Source: Octopus sinensis (taxonomy: Eukaryota). Taken from it: a stretch of 64,000 bases of DNA. Below are positions 1 through 13,366 of the stretch, piece by piece. The first letter of the stretch is position 1, and every line of letters begins with the position of its first letter. The position numbers were made by a program, and so were the translations under genes. The notes beneath the pieces are model-generated. The model searched no databases. It saw nothing but the letters and a program-made list of their open reading frames with translations, and was not told the DNA's origin. Location of the stretch: the NCBI RefSeq assembly GCF_006345805.1, contig NC_042999.1:156612001-156676000 (forward strand). Reading direction: 5' to 3'.

Positions 1-860
1 CTGCAGGTGGCCCCCAAATCCAACGGAGGTTATCGACCTTGCAGAGATTACCGCCGTCTCAACGCAGATACGACATCTGACCACTACCCCATTCTACCAT
101 ATAGGATTTCTCAGCCCAGCTAGCCGGGTGCTCGTTTTCCCGAAAGTTGACCTCATCCGATGATACCCCAAATACCTAAAACCGCTGTGATCACTCCTTT
201 AGGTCTGTACGAATTCATACGTACACCCTTTGGGCTGAAAAACGCAACGCAATCCTTCCAACGCTTGATGGACACCATGTACAGAGGTCTTTGCATACTT
301 AGATGATATTTTGTCTTTGCATAACTTGATGATATCGTAATTGCAAGCTACAAAATGCGGAGCTACAAAATGCGGAGCTACAAAAAGTGACTCTTTTTGA
401 TAGGCTGAAACAGTATAGTTTAGTAATCAACCCCGTCAACCCGGATGTCAAAAGGTACCTCGCTCAACTGAGAGACTGCGTGGCCAGTTGCACCCTGTTC
501 CTGTGTCGACACACGGTACACCCAGATCATCTGTATCAAACGACCTCCGCACGGCTAACTTTGTGTTCGTTCGACGTGACACTCGACAAAAACCCCTCCA
601 GTCACCGTACGATGGTCCATATCGAGTCATACAACCGGGAGATAAATCATTCCAACTCCTAATTGGCGGACGACACAGTCTCCATCGATAGGTTGAAACC
701 GGTCCGTCTCGTTATTGACAACCCCGTTCAGGTAGTTCAACTACCAAACAGAGGCCGCCCTAGGCATATCACACCAACCCTTGTCAAGGAACAGTCACCA
801 AAGAACCGAGTAACCACACGCATGGGCAGGGCAATTAAAACGGCTCCCCAGTTCCAATGA
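1..860 (+). pseudogene. Decayed Ty3/Gypsy pol (RT fragment joined to integrase C-terminus, internally deleted)
   Basis: Frame-broken motifs [56 protein letters not shown] (RT), then FVFVRRDTRQKPLQSPYDGPYRVI (GPY/F module) and VSIDRLKP; contains stops and frameshifts. Confidence 0.9.
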
Positions 861-891
861 CAATCAATAGTTCTGGGGGGTGGAGGAGCTA

Positions 892-1147
892 TGTAGGGTA
901 GGATTCATGACAGACGAACTGTAAACAGGAACATCGTTACGCGCTAGCTAGGGAGTTGGTCGGCAGCGAAGGGAACTTCCGTATGGAGAAGAGAAACAAA
1001 ACAATGTTAGCAGTGAGCGTTAAATAAATCTGAATTAAATAATTGGCGACTTAAGCCCTCTTGTACGTAGAGTAATAAACCTTTGATAAATATATTATCG
1101 TCTCCACTGGTTTGTTTGTGTATAGCTTAAAAAAGCTATACCCTAGT
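892..1147 (+). mobile_element. Gypsy 3' LTR preceded by a polypurine tract
   Basis: G-rich tract ctggggggtggaggag at ~873-888, then TGTAGGGT at 892, internal AATAAA motifs, and imperfect inverted end ACCCTA at ~1140-1145. Right boundary approximate. Confidence 0.65.
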
Positions 1148-1448
1148 ATACTAGGATATTTACAGATGACGCGAGATTTCCTAACGCGAAAAGGTTTTAC
1201 GCACAAGCATCACCCATTGTTTCTTATTTGGGCACCAAGCTAGGCAGGAACTTGTCGATTATATCAACCTCAGTACCTGACGAACTTTTATATTATCGGC
1301 TCCAGAATGAATGAAAGGCAAAGCAGATATCAGCGAAATTTGAACTCAAAAAGTAAAGAGTAGAAACGTATACCACGAAGCATTTTTTCAGACGCTCTAA
1401 CGATACTGCCAATCGTCCACTCTACATACATACATACATACATACATA

Positions 1449-1545
1449 CTCTGATGTTGATGTTGAAATTCCAATGAAGGAGCCTTGGATTTACGTTAGA
1501 AACCGGCTCTTTCTCTATTGGCAAGAAATCTTGAAATAAAACTGT
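1449..1545 (+). repeat. ~95 bp interspersed repeat embedded in (CATA)n; second copy inverted at 3518-3617
   Basis: ctgatgttgatgttgaaattccaatgaaggagccttgg...ggcaagaaat matches the reverse complement of 3518-3617; both copies have tetranucleotide microsatellite on both sides. Confidence 0.75.
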
Positions 1546-1777
1546 ATAATGATATAAATACATGCATACATACATAAGAAATAGGCCACTCTACCAACCA
1601 AAATTACTCAGTCAAAATGTACAAATAATGCAAATATTAACAGCACAGTAATCTTTTTCCGCAAAAAGACTGTGAACAACCACGCGACCAAAACGAATAC
1701 AACAATGACAAACCGCCATCACTACTCGGACATGTGGCTACCACTTACGATTCTACAAAAAACGAGTGATGATTATA

Positions 1778-2180
1778 AGTGGCTGTGTGGTAAGTAGCTT
1801 GCTAACCAACCACATGGTTCCCGGTTCAGTCCCATTGCGTGGCATCTTGGGCAAAGTGTCTTCTGCTATAGCCCCGGGTCGACCAATGCCTTGTGAGTGG
1901 ATTTGGTAGACGGAAACTAAAAGAAGCCTGTCGTATATATGTATATATATATATGTGTGTGTGTGTGTTTGTGTGCCTGTGTTTGTCCCCCTAGCATTGC
2001 TTGACAACCGATGCTGGTGTGTTTACGTCCCCGTCACTTAGCGGTTCGGCAAAAAGAGACCGATAGAATAAGTACTGGGCTTACAAAGAATAAGTCTTGG
2101 GGTCGATTTGCTCGACTAAAGGCGGTGCTCCAGCATGGCCGCAGTCAAATGACTGAAACAAGTAAAAGAGTAAAAGAGTA
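1778..2180 (+). mobile_element. tRNA-derived SINE family A (~400 bp)
   Basis: A-box TGGCTGTGTGG, B-box GGTTCAGTCC, CTTGGGCAA CORE-like segment, internal (TA)n(TG)n, tail (GTAAAAGA)n; at least 10 copies in the window. Confidence 0.9.
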
Positions 2181-2364
2181 CTAAAATCACCACTTGCATC
2201 GAAGTTAGTTCAAGCAGAATTTCATTACTTACAAGCATAGGGCACTGCATGAGAGAACGAGTTGGAAAAAAATCCCCATCGACCTGATGTTATACAAGAT
2301 CGACGAAATTGAGAGAGAACAAGTAGCTCCTATTCAAGCGCGCAGTTATTGGACAATAAATGTC

Positions 2365-2777
2365 CTCTTTACTCTTTTACTTGTTTCAGTCATTTGACTG
2401 CGGCCATCCTGGAGCACCGCCTTTTTAGTCGAGCAAATCGACCCTGGGACTTATTCTTTTGTAAGCCCAGTACTTATTCAATCGGTCTCTTTTGCCGAAC
2501 CGCTAAGTGACGGGGACGTAAACACACCAGCATCGGTTGTCAAGCAATGCTAGAGGGACAAACACAGACACACAAACATAGACACACACATACATATATA
2601 TTTATACATATATACGACAGGCTTCTTTCAGTTTCCGTCTACCAAATCCACTCACAAGGCTTTGGTCGGCCCGAAGCTATAGCAGAAGACACTTGCCCAA
2701 GATGCCACGCAATGGGACTGAATCCGGAACCATGTGGTTGGTTAGCTAGCTACTTACCACACAGCCACTCCTGCGCC
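2365..2777 (-). mobile_element. SINE family A, full length
   Basis: Reverse complement of the 1778-2180 copy, including the GGCGCAGGAGTGG head. Confidence 0.9.
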
Positions 2778-3669
2778 TATTACATTTTGCTGCAGTAACT
2801 GTGCACCAATAGATGGAAGTAAAAGAGAGCGATCCAAAGTAAATGGGACCGAGCCAAAATGGATACCTCCCTCCAAAATAACATTAACAAACTCAGGAAA
2901 AAATATGACAGTTGGACATTATCATCAAATACAAAGCTAAAAAGGAACTTACGAATCACCAGCTACGACTGCATGATAGATTTTCCAAATAGTTAGGGAA
3001 CTGCCGCCGAGAATCACTTACAAGCAAACTGATCACCCTCAGATACGATCTACGATCGGTGATTGAAAAGCTTCGGAAACGATAAAGCATAAGTTTGCCA
3101 GAAGCCCACAAGATGTATATCGCAGTACGAACAGCAATACCATTAAGGTAGTAATTCTCCTCCCTCGGAAAACCTGGAGTCATTCTGACGGAAAACCTGA
3201 AATGTAAACAAAGAACCCCCCCCCCAATGCATGGTTAAACAACCTACGAAGTGAGTATTGTGTAAATGCCTCTCCCAAAATATATAAAATCACCGGTAAA
3301 ACATCGATGATTATGAAACTGCTGATTTGAAAATCACCTGATTTAGGTTGTATCTCTTTACTTAAATGATAATCTTCTGGAAAGTTCCATAGGTTTTTAC
3401 AGTTCCATGTATGTATGTATGTATGTATGTATGTATGTATGTATGTATGAGTGTCTCTGTGCGTGCATGCGTATGTATGTATGTGTGTACGTGTATGTAT
3501 GTATGTATGTATGTATGTAATTATTCAGTTTATTCCAATATTTCTTGCCAATAGAGAAAGAGCCGGTTTCTAACCTAGATCCAAGGCTCCTTCATTGGAA
3601 TTTTAACATCAACATCAGGGTATGTATGTATGTATGTATGTATGTATGTATGTATGTATGTATGTATGA

Positions 3670-4158
3670 TAGTAGGCTACTTGGACAAAAATCTCACTTT
3701 CTACAGGGGAAATCTTCACGACTCTGTTTAAAAAGCAATGGAAGCTGAGGTAGATATACCAGATTGGCTGAGTGTTGCACGGACTACTCTTATCCCCCAG
3801 AACAAAGAGACCCATGTAGCCAAAAACTTTCGACTACAAAGGTTATCTGAATATTTTCTCCAAGACCACTGCCAAACAAATGATGTGATAACTGATAAAT
3901 AGGCAAGAGAGAGAGAGAGAAAAAAGGAGTCTTTGGTTGCGCTGAACAGCTCCTCCTCAACAAAGCTGCTCTTAAGGAGCCCAAGCAACATCGTCATACT
4001 CTCTTAGCAAAATGGCTAGACTATAAGAAGGCGTTCGACTCTGTGCCTCACTCATGGATGATAGAACCACTAAACCTTGCCGAAGTATCAACCCCTATAG
4101 TGAATATCATTGACAGAGTGACTACAACATAATCCATTACGGTTATCACTGAAAGCTA
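3670..4158 (+). pseudogene. R4/Dong-clade (RLE) non-LTR retrotransposon RT relic, part 1
   Basis: IPDWLSVARTTLIP, NKETHVAKNFR, FGCAEQLLLNK, WLDYKKAFDSVPHSWMIEPLNLA in broken frames. Confidence 0.85.
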
Positions 4159-4516
4159 CTACTCTTTACTCTTTTACTTGTTTCAGTCATTTGACTGCGG
4201 CCATGCTGGAGCACCGCCTTTAGTCGAGCAAATCAACCCCGGGACTTATTCTTTTGTAAGCCCAGTACTTATTCTATTGGTCACTTTTGCCGAACCGCTA
4301 AACAATGCTAGGGGGACAAACACACACACGCATATATATATATACATATATACGACGGGCTTCTTTCAGTTTCCGTCTACCAAATCCACTCATAAGGCTT
4401 TGGTCGGCCCGAGGCTATAGTAGAAGCCACTTGCCCAAGATGCCACGCAGTGGGACTGAACCCGGAACCATGTGGTTGGTTAGCAAGCTACTTACCACAC
4501 AGCCACTCCTGCGCCT
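4159..4516 (-). mobile_element. SINE family A (internal deletion) inserted in the R4-like relic
   Basis: Same head and tail as the other family A copies. Confidence 0.88.
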
Positions 4517-4589
4517 ATACAAAATAACTAATGTTATGTAGGTCAATATAAAATTTAAGACTCGTTAACGAAAACAAAAAAAGGAAAAA

Positions 4590-6202
4590 AATACCCAGCC
4601 TGCTAGGTATAAAAAACTGTGTAGAAAACGAATATGAAAAAAAAAATTATGCACACGAACGTGGGGTGGGATTACTTTACGAAAATTCAAAAGATCTTAT
4701 TTTTCCCTCATAACTTTCAGGAAAATGGATATATATTGAGGAAATTTTATAGAAATACCGTTCAAATGGCACAAATTACGATTATAAGGAAATTTCTGGG
4801 GAAATTTTTTTCCGACGGACTGTCGGAAAATTCACACGATCCTTTTTTGTTCCCCTCATAACTTTCAGGAAAATGGATATCTTTTAATGAAATTTTACAG
4901 AAACACCGTTCAAACAGCATAGATAACGATTATAAAGAAATTTGTGGGGAAAATGTTTTCCGAAAGGGTGGGTAGAGGACTGTCAGAACGTTCCCACGAT
5001 CTGTTTTATTCCCTTCATAACTTTCAGGATTTTTTTTCACCGGATTCCTGTTTTCGAGACAGGGATTCCGAATATGCAAAAAAAAAACCCCACAAAAAAC
5101 ACGTTTTCAAAATTTCTAAACTCACCACACACACAATTTTTAAATTTTTAACTTTTTTTTTCAATCTACGTGGGAAAATACGGTGATTAAGAATATAGGG
5201 GTAAAAAAACAAATTTTCATTCAAACATTATAACCCGAAGCTATAGTGGAAGACACTTTCTCAAATACAAATACACATACACACACACACACATATATAT
5301 ATATATACGACGGACTACTTTCAGTTTACGTCTACCAAATCCACTCATAATGCTTTCGTTGGCCCGAGGATATAGTGGAAGACACTTGCCCAAGGTGCCA
5401 CACTGTGGGACTGAACCCGGAGCCATATGGTTGGGAAGCAAGCTTCTTACCACACAGCCACTCCTGCGCCTATTATATCAAGGTTTTGTTAAGTTAAAGT
5501 TTTTATTATTTTGGAACAAAGAACGCAAACATAGGTGCTGCGCCAGTGACTAAACTTGTATTTTGTTGGGATTATTCTTAATCTCCGTATTTTTCCACGT
5601 AGATTGAAAAAAAATTCGACGAAGAGTTAGAAATAAAAATTGCGGGTGAATTGAAAATTTTGCATATTTGGAATCTCTGTCATCGAAAACATAGGAAGCT
5701 GGTGTAAAAAAAAAAATTCGTTTTGGTGACCGGGCGCGAAACTAGATCCTGAAAGTTATGAGGAGAAAAAACGGATCGTGTGAACTTTCCGACAGTCCTC
5801 TCCTCTCCCCTTCGGAAAACATTTTCCCCAGAAATTTCTTTATAATCGTAATGTGTGCCATTTGAACGGTATTTCTGTAAAATGTCATCAATATATGTCC
5901 ATTTTCCTGAAAGTTATGCAAGAAAAATAGGCTCTTATGAATTTTCCGAAAGTCCTCTCCTCTCCCCTTCGGAAAACATTTTCCCCAGAAATTTCTTTAT
6001 AATCATAATGTGTGCCATTTGAACGGTATTTCTGTAAAATGTCATCAATATATGTCCATTTTCCTGAAAGTTATGCAAGAAAAATAGGCTCTTATGAATT
6101 TTCCGAAAGTCCTCTCCTCACCCTCCTATGTTCGTTTGCGCGATTTTTTTTCATTTTTATTTTCTACAGTCTTTTTTACACCAAGTAGGCTGGGGTTTTT
6201 TT
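4590..6202. mobile_element. Foldback-like DNA element with long imperfect inverted arms built of ~157 bp subrepeats
   Basis: 4590-5210 is the approximate reverse complement of 5570-6202 (cccagcct...ggt(a/g)taaaaaa termini; repeated cataactttcaggaaaatgga); unit gtcctctcc recurs at 5795, 5952 and 6109. Confidence 0.75.
5245..5470 (-). mobile_element. SINE family A 5' half in the centre of the foldback element
   Basis: Head ...cacacagccactcctgcgcc and gacacttgcccaaggtgcca. Confidence 0.85.
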
Positions 6203-6740
6203 CTGTCCAAGATGATAGTTTATCTGTAACGTTGTTTGTGCTGGCAGAGAATCTCTTGTTAATAAAATGCCAAGGCTACATGCTGGGATGCTTTTTGTTG
6301 GTGACTTAAAGTTAAATTCTGGTAACATGATCAACATCAAGAGACAATTTTTATTAGTCACAACATTCTCATGAGACTAGTTTGGGCAAGATAAATGCTT
6401 ATACACGACAGTCACCTGAGGAAAGATTGTCAACCAGAGAATATGTACATCAATGGCTTGTCTATCTTCCCTATTTCTCATGATGAAAACTACAAGTATC
6501 TTAGAATCGATGAGAATGTTGCATAGTTAGTTGTAACAATGCCAGAACAATAAAAGAGTACTTCTGAAGACTGGAAAATATGGACTTCGGTGCTGTCTGC
6601 ATTTAACAAGACCATGTCTCACAATGATTTTGCAGTACCAACATTTGGGATATTAGACTTGACATTTGACGAGATTTGCATCAAAACTAGAAAGGTACTG
6701 ACCACCACTGGCAACTTCCACATTAACAATGCTGATGTCC
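6200..6740 (+). pseudogene. R4/Dong-clade RT relic, part 2 (continuation after the foldback insertion)
   Basis: QDDSLSVTLFVLAEN (cf. QGDSLS motif), LFVGDLKL (cf. F/YxDD), FGQDKC, NYKYLRIDEN; heavily mutated. Confidence 0.75.
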
Positions 6741-7699
6741 CGTTTGTCTGACCCATTTTTTGTGTATTCACTCTTTGTAGAATGATAATGAAGATTTCAA
6801 ACTCAATAAACTCATTTACTTTCTAAAAATAATATGTCTTTATTCATTACTTTGATGATTTCGTATATAAAAATATGTAAATATTTGCATGTATCTACTG
6901 AAAAAACTGATATGTGTTGCATAAAAATAGAGTGAAATTTTGAAGTCAGCATGAAAAATTAGTCTAAAAAAGTTGGTTTGCATTCATAATGAGTATAATA
7001 CATTTAATTTTGTTGACCAGAATAATTAATGCATTTACTGAATGTCCTATTTTTTCCTTTCAGAAAAATGTCAGGTTTTATGGTTTTGTAATAATTATTG
7101 TTTTTTTTTTTCTTTAATACATTCTTATTGTATAGGGAAGAAACAGTTCTTAATCAAATAAAAAGCAGTATATTACTGGTATTGGCTCTAGAGGGCTGAA
7201 AACCAAAGTTAACACTGGTGGGAAGTGAACGAAGAATCTACAAAGGCAAAATTGAATTCTGTTTGGTTGTAATTTGATATGCTGATGTTCCAGTCAAATA
7301 ATTATTCTCATGCAAGAAATAATAATTAATAGAGACTGCAGATTTTTCTTTCTGTATTGACTCGATTTAAGAAATATTCTTGTTACTACAATTGTGAAGA
7401 AAACACAGATATCAATTGCATTTCATCTTATTAACAGATGTATGAAATCCATCGGAAATGATCGTTATTCATACTTTGTATACCGCTATACCTATGTATT
7501 AATCCAAGTCTTATGTTATATGCTTCATATCACTGGAACTTTTCAAAGAGAATTCTTACACGAGAAAGCTTATCTTGCATACATAAAACCCTGTCCTTAA
7601 TTCTTAAAATCGAAACCAAAAGAAGTGTATTCAAGGTGTATTAGACCAGAACAAAGGTTTTTTTTTAATGTCACAAACAAACCAAATTTTGAAACTTCT

Positions 7700-8017
7700 A
7701 TATTATTATTGTTGTTGTTGTTGTTGTTATTCTTCTTCTTATTATTATTATCATCATCATCATCATCATCATCATTATTATTATTATTATTATTATTATT
7801 ACTTTTTTTTTCTTCTTTCAAATTTGCCGAGTGTCTTCCCGATTATTATTATTATTATCATTATTATTATTATTATTAATATTATTATTATTATTATTAT
7901 TATTATCATTATTATTATTATCATTATTATTATTATTATTATTTATTATAATTATTATTATTATTATTATCATTATTATTATTATCATTATTATTATCAT
8001 CATCATTATTATTATTA

Positions 8018-8063
<46 letters not shown>

Positions 8064-8240
8064 CATTATTATTATTGTTGTTATTGTTGTTGTTGTTGCT
8101 GTCCTTGTTTTTGTTGTTGTTAATGCTGTTGTTGTGCTTAGTGCTGTTCTTATTCTTATTTTTATCATCGTCATCATCATTATTGATGATGTCGTTGTTC
8201 GCGATAACAATAATAAAGAACTTATTACTGTTGTTGTGTT

Positions 8241-8292
<52 letters not shown>
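7700..8292. repeat. Compound trinucleotide microsatellite (ATT/CAT/GTT)n
   Basis: Seen directly; source of the poly-I/L/Y/N ORFs. Confidence 0.97.
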
Positions 8293-8294
<2 letters not shown>

Positions 8295-8729
8295 CAACAA
8301 CGACATTGAAGAGATTTACTCACACGAAACAATCTACATCTAATATGGATATGCAGCTTTCAGAAAATATTCGCCTGCTTTTATCTGCGAAGCACAAATG
8401 AAAAACAAGATTAGATGGAAACAGATTAGAAATTTGACGCTATGTTACATATATTGAATTGGAAAAGGTCACAGGAATCTAGGTTTATTCCTACAAATGT
8501 CCTTGTTAGATGCTTTTGTTATAGTTTCAATTGGTCCCCATGTTTGCTCTGCTGAATAAAAGTTAGAAATAAAATTGAAGCAAAATGGGATTCTTTTTTT
8601 TTTATATGTAAGTCTGATATTGATTAAGTTATATTAAATATTGACTCAGAAAATAAATTTGTATTTATTATAAGCCCAATCATAATCGCATATTCGTGTT
8701 TACACACTCGTGTAAAACACAGACATAGA

Positions 8730-8895
8730 TGTGTGTGTGTGTCAGTGCGTGTGTGTGCGTGTGTGCAAGTATATGTGTGTGTGTGTGAGCACATGTGTAT
8801 AAATAATGTTTGCATATAGAAGATAATGGTTAGAAACCACAAATGCTTTTGTATCATGATGATATATGCATATATGCATATGTACACACATACAT

Positions 8896-8926
<31 letters not shown>

Positions 8927-9287
8927 TACACACATACATACATACATACACACATATATACATACATACATACATACATACATACATAGACACATGCATA
9001 CATACATACATACATGCATACATACGTACATACATACATACATACATACATACATACATACATACACACATGCATGCATACATATATACATACATGCATA
9101 CATACATATATACATACATACATACATACATGCATACATGCATACATGCATACATACATACATACATACATACATACATGCATGCGTACATACATACATA
9201 CATTCATACATACATACATATATACATACATACGTACATACATACGTACATACATACATACATACATACATGCATACATACATACAA
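8730..9287. repeat. (TG)n / (CATA)n compound microsatellite
   Basis: Seen directly. Confidence 0.97.
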
Positions 9288-10250
9288 GTATGTACCTAAG
9301 CATAGATGAAAATGTATCATATGAAGGCACTGTGAATAAAGATAAAGTGACCTGAGAATATTACACCAGGCTTAGGGAAATATGAAAGTCGGAACTCTCC
9401 TCTCACAGCAAAACAATATCCTACAATACATTTGCAGTATCAGTGCTGATCCCAACATTTCGGGATACTTGATTGGTCTGTAGAGGAAATCCACTCCATA
9501 GATATCAAAACCCACAAAATCCTGACAACAACTGGGAACTTCCACAGAAACAGTGATGTTGAAGGTGGTAGAGGCCTGAGATCGGTGCAGATGGCCTTCG
9601 AATGCCATATGGTATCACTCAAGCAGCACTTGCTAAGCAACAGCAGCAAAAATATATATATGCAAATGCAGTACTGAAAAGAAAAGTGAGCAACATTGTA
9701 CGAGTTAGCAGTGAGTTCCTCAAGAAGCACTCTCTCCCTGATGATCTCCTATACAGCCCCAAAGCAGCTGGGCTCCCTTACCTCAGAGAAGACCTTGATG
9801 GAACGTGCTCAGCATACAAAACAAAGACTATGCACAGGTATGTTGCCGGAAGCTTGAAGAAGACAATAGAATCGACACGAAGTGCAGCCTCTCTTGGACA
9901 CAAGACTACTACATCACATCATACTTTGAAGGCTATGTGTTTGCAATCCAGGAACAGGAGATTGCCACAAAGTACCTGATGAACAAGAGAGACAGTAAAG
10001 CTCTTGTAATCCTGGGGGGCAACTGCATGTGTAGGCTATGTCATGTTTCTGTGGAAGACATTACGCATGTGATTAACAGCTGTCCTAAAATGTTGTCATG
10101 GTACTACCTCCTTATGCGGCACTGTGTTGTTGCCAGAACAATTTACTATACGATTTGCAAAAAAGACTGTCCTGAAATAAACTTAGAAAATCCCTCTGTT
10201 ATGGAATACATTCATAAACACCAACTCAAGGAATATTCTGGTATATAATA
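9288..10250 (+). pseudogene. Second R4/Dong-clade LINE relic (RT C-terminus, CCHC knuckle, start of RLE domain)
   Basis: YLSIDENVSYEG..EYYTRLREI*KSELS, then FEGYVFAIQEQEIATKY...CRLCHVSVEDITHVINSC...YYLLMRHCVVAR (ORF 9805-10248). It repeats the YxxIDEN region seen at ~6500, so it is a separate copy. Confidence 0.88.
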
Positions 10251-10488
10251 AATGTCACCCCTCCTCCTTTGGCTTACAGTAATTCACAAACTTTAAATGG
10301 CCTACTCCCCAGTCTTGCTAAATTTGATGACAACAAGGAATTTCTAGTTTCATCTTCTGACTACTAAAGGTTTAGTTTCTGACCCATGATATGAAGTGTA
10401 GTTTCTTATCCAAGATACGAAGTGTAGTTTTTGACCCAAGCTGTATCATTAAGAAGTGCTATGTGATCAATTTTTTGTCTACCCAACA

Positions 10489-10724
10489 TACCTATTTCTT
10501 TACTACCCACAAGGGGCTAAACACAGAGGGGACAAACAAGGACAGACAAATGGATTAAGTCGATTAGATCGACCCCAGTGCATAAGTGGTACTGAATTTA
10601 TTGACCCCGAAAGGATGAAAGGCAAAGTCGACCTCGGCGGAATTTGAACTCAGAACGTAACGGCAGACAAAATACGGCTACACATTTTGGCTGGCGTGCT
10701 AATGTTTCTACCAGCTTGCTGCCT
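10489..10724 (-). mobile_element. SINE family C
   Basis: Head GGCAGCAAGCTGGTAGAAAC...GAGTTCAAATTCC and body GGTCGACTTTGCCTTTCATCCTTTCGGGGTC; matches 13197-13354, 16664-16875 and 26108-26509. Confidence 0.85.
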
Positions 10725-10986
10725 TTGTCTACCCATCATGCACTGGACTTTGATTTTGTAATTGCACCAGCTTCATCTGTTGTTACCAAATATGATGCAT
10801 GTTAAGCATTTTGATATTTTTTACATAAATGATGAAAATGCAGCTTATCTTTGATTCAATTCTAAACACATTCTTTTAAAACATTCCTTATTTGGAACTT
10901 TTTAAAATTTTGAATATGTTGTCAATAAATGTTGCTTCAGTCCAGCTGGATTTAAGCTATAATTTAAAACCTTTCTATATTCATCA

Positions 10987-11257
10987 TCGTTACCAACGTC
11001 GCTTCACTGGCACCTGCGTCGGTGGCACGTGTAAAAAGATTCGAGCGAGGTCATTGCCAGTACCGCCTGACTGGTCCCTGTGCAGGTGGCACATAAATGG
11101 CACCCACTACACTCTCGGAGTGGTCGGCATTAGGAAGGGCATCCAGCTGTAGAAACTCTACCAGATCAAGACTGGAGCCTGGTGCAGCCATCTGGTTGCC
11201 AGCCCTCATTCAAAACCGTCCAACCCATGCTAGCATGGAAAACGGACGTTAAATGAC

Positions 11258-11291
<34 letters not shown>
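10987..11291 (+). mobile_element. Retroposon family B with (GAT)n tail
   Basis: ...GGAAGGGCATCCAGCTGTAGAAAC...CAACCCATGCTAGCATGGAAAACGGACGTTAAA followed by (TGA)n; multiple copies. A microsatellite tail is typical of RTE-mobilised elements. Confidence 0.85.
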
Positions 11292-11294
<3 letters not shown>

Positions 11295-12497
11295 CCATAT
11301 TGTTTCTTGATATTGTCAGTCCATGTGAAATCATAAGCAAAAAAATTCAATACTTTATTCTCCTATTTTTATTTTTATTTTTTATTTTTTTTTTTGCTTT
11401 CTTCGTGATAAGATTTGATGTTGTTCTTGAAGACGAACTTGCTGTAACAGATCTTTTGTTGTTGCTGGTGTTCAATCTATTAATTTGAATTATTACTGAT
11501 TTTTAATCATTTAACTATTGGGGCTGCAATTTATTAATTACAGAAAATTATAATTGCTGAAAACATTTCTCTCCTGTGCACATGCATTGAAAACATTCCT
11601 AAACTATTTTATACCATACTGTGTACCACCTTTAGGAACCACTTCTCATTTATTGCCAAATTTCAACACTTCAGGAGAATATATCCTGAATTATTATCCT
11701 GATATCAAAACTAGTACTTTTATTGAATCAGGAATTACTGTGAGAATTGTATATAAATTTGTTTTCAGTCAGGCAATGTGTATCATCAGATATCTATGTT
11801 GCATGGATGCAATACTTTCCTCCACCTATGCATGTTGCCGTATATATATATCGGTAGATATGTGTATGTGTGTACACATGCATATATGAATATACGCATA
11901 TGTTCATACATATATACATTCATACAGACAAGTATGCATGCATACATACATACATACAAACATACAACCATACATACATACATACATACATACAGACAGA
12001 CAGACAGGCAGACAGACAGACTGGCAGGCAGGCAGGCAGGCAGGCAGACAGACAGATTAATTTAAAAAGTACATTCCCAGATTCTCTAATGAAATTAAGA
12101 AACAAATATCTCTAATTAGCTTAACAACTTCAGAAAGCAACACTACATTCTCCACCATAATATGGAGCCCACTCAACCATAAATATTAATTACAATATAA
12201 TGCACTTTTCATCCCTTCCATAAATTATAGATCCTTAATTGTTTTAACAGCTTATATTTTAATTAGCTTTAATAAAAAAGATAAGGAATAAAAGAAAAAA
12301 TACAAAATCTACAAATGACCACCAGCAAAAAATATGCACCCAAGCCTTTAAAATGTTTTTGACCAAAACAAAATTCCCAGTAACAGAATCATTCTATCAT
12401 GAACATTAATGTTTCTAAATATAAAGCACACAACCATTCTTATTTAACAAAACCAACTTGGTCAAAAAACAAATTGCCTTAATTTTATATATGTATA

Positions 12498-13023
12498 TCA
12501 AAATCAAATCGATGACTGGCATTCGTGCTAGCGGGGTGCAAAGAGCACCATACGAGTGTGATCATTGATAGAGCGGCTATTCAAGTATGATCGTTACCAG
12601 TGTTGCCTTACTGGCACTTATGCCTGTGCTAGTAGGGTGCCAAGAACACCATCCGAGCGTGATCGTTGCCAGAGCAGCCAACTGGCTTCCATACCCGTGG
12701 CACATAAAAGGGCACCATTCGAGCGTGATCGTTACAAATGTCACTTCACTGGCACCTGTGCCGGGGGCCCGTGTAAAAAAGATTCGAGCGAAGTCGTTGC
12801 CAGTACCGCCTGACTGGCGCCCATGCTGGTGGCACGTAAAAAGCACCCACTACACTCTCGGAGTGGTTGGCATTAGGAAGGGCATCCAGCTGTAGAAATT
12901 CTGCCAGATCAAGATTGGAGCCGGGTTCAGCCATCTGGCTCACCATCCCTCAGTCAAAATCGTCCAACCCATGATAGCATGGAAAGCGGACGTTAAATGA
13001 TGATGATGATGAATGATGATGAT
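12498..13023 (+). mobile_element. Retroposon family B, longer copy with internal ~65 bp tandem subrepeats
   Basis: Repeated cacca-t-cgagcgtgatcgtt units followed by the family B 3' end and (GAT)n. Confidence 0.85.
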
Positions 13024-13196
13024 TCTGCAAATAAACAGACCAATAAAAATAAAATAACAGAAAATACAGACAAATACCAGGCTATAGAAAAAATAAACAA
13101 TGAAAAAGTACAAATGAAAAACTAATCAAAAGATGTGAAATCAAAACAGTAAACTGATACAAACAGGAAATGAAACCCACACCAATGAATATAATG

Positions 13197-13354
13197 TACC
13201 TATTTCTTTATTACCCACAAAGGGGCTAAACACAAAGGGGACAAACAAGGACACAAAGGGGAATCGGCGGAATTTGAACTCACAACGTAACGGCAGACAA
13301 AATACCGCTAAGCATTTCGCCCGGCGTGCTAACGTTTCTGCCAGCTCACCACCT
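13197..13354 (-). mobile_element. SINE family C (internally deleted)
   Basis: Same head and tail as the other family C copies. Confidence 0.82.
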
Positions 13355-13366
13355 TAGAGAAATGGA

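Noticed and set aside
5795-6120. Regularly spaced repeats (also 12540-12740, 36318-36460) as a possible CRISPR array
   Set aside because: Contiguous tandem units without unique spacers, no cas genes, eukaryotic context.
7625-9355. Long ORFs of poly-I/L/Y/N and MYVC/HTYI (also 51135-55908, 60180-61161, 62930-63809)
   Set aside because: Stop-free translations of microsatellites, not genes.
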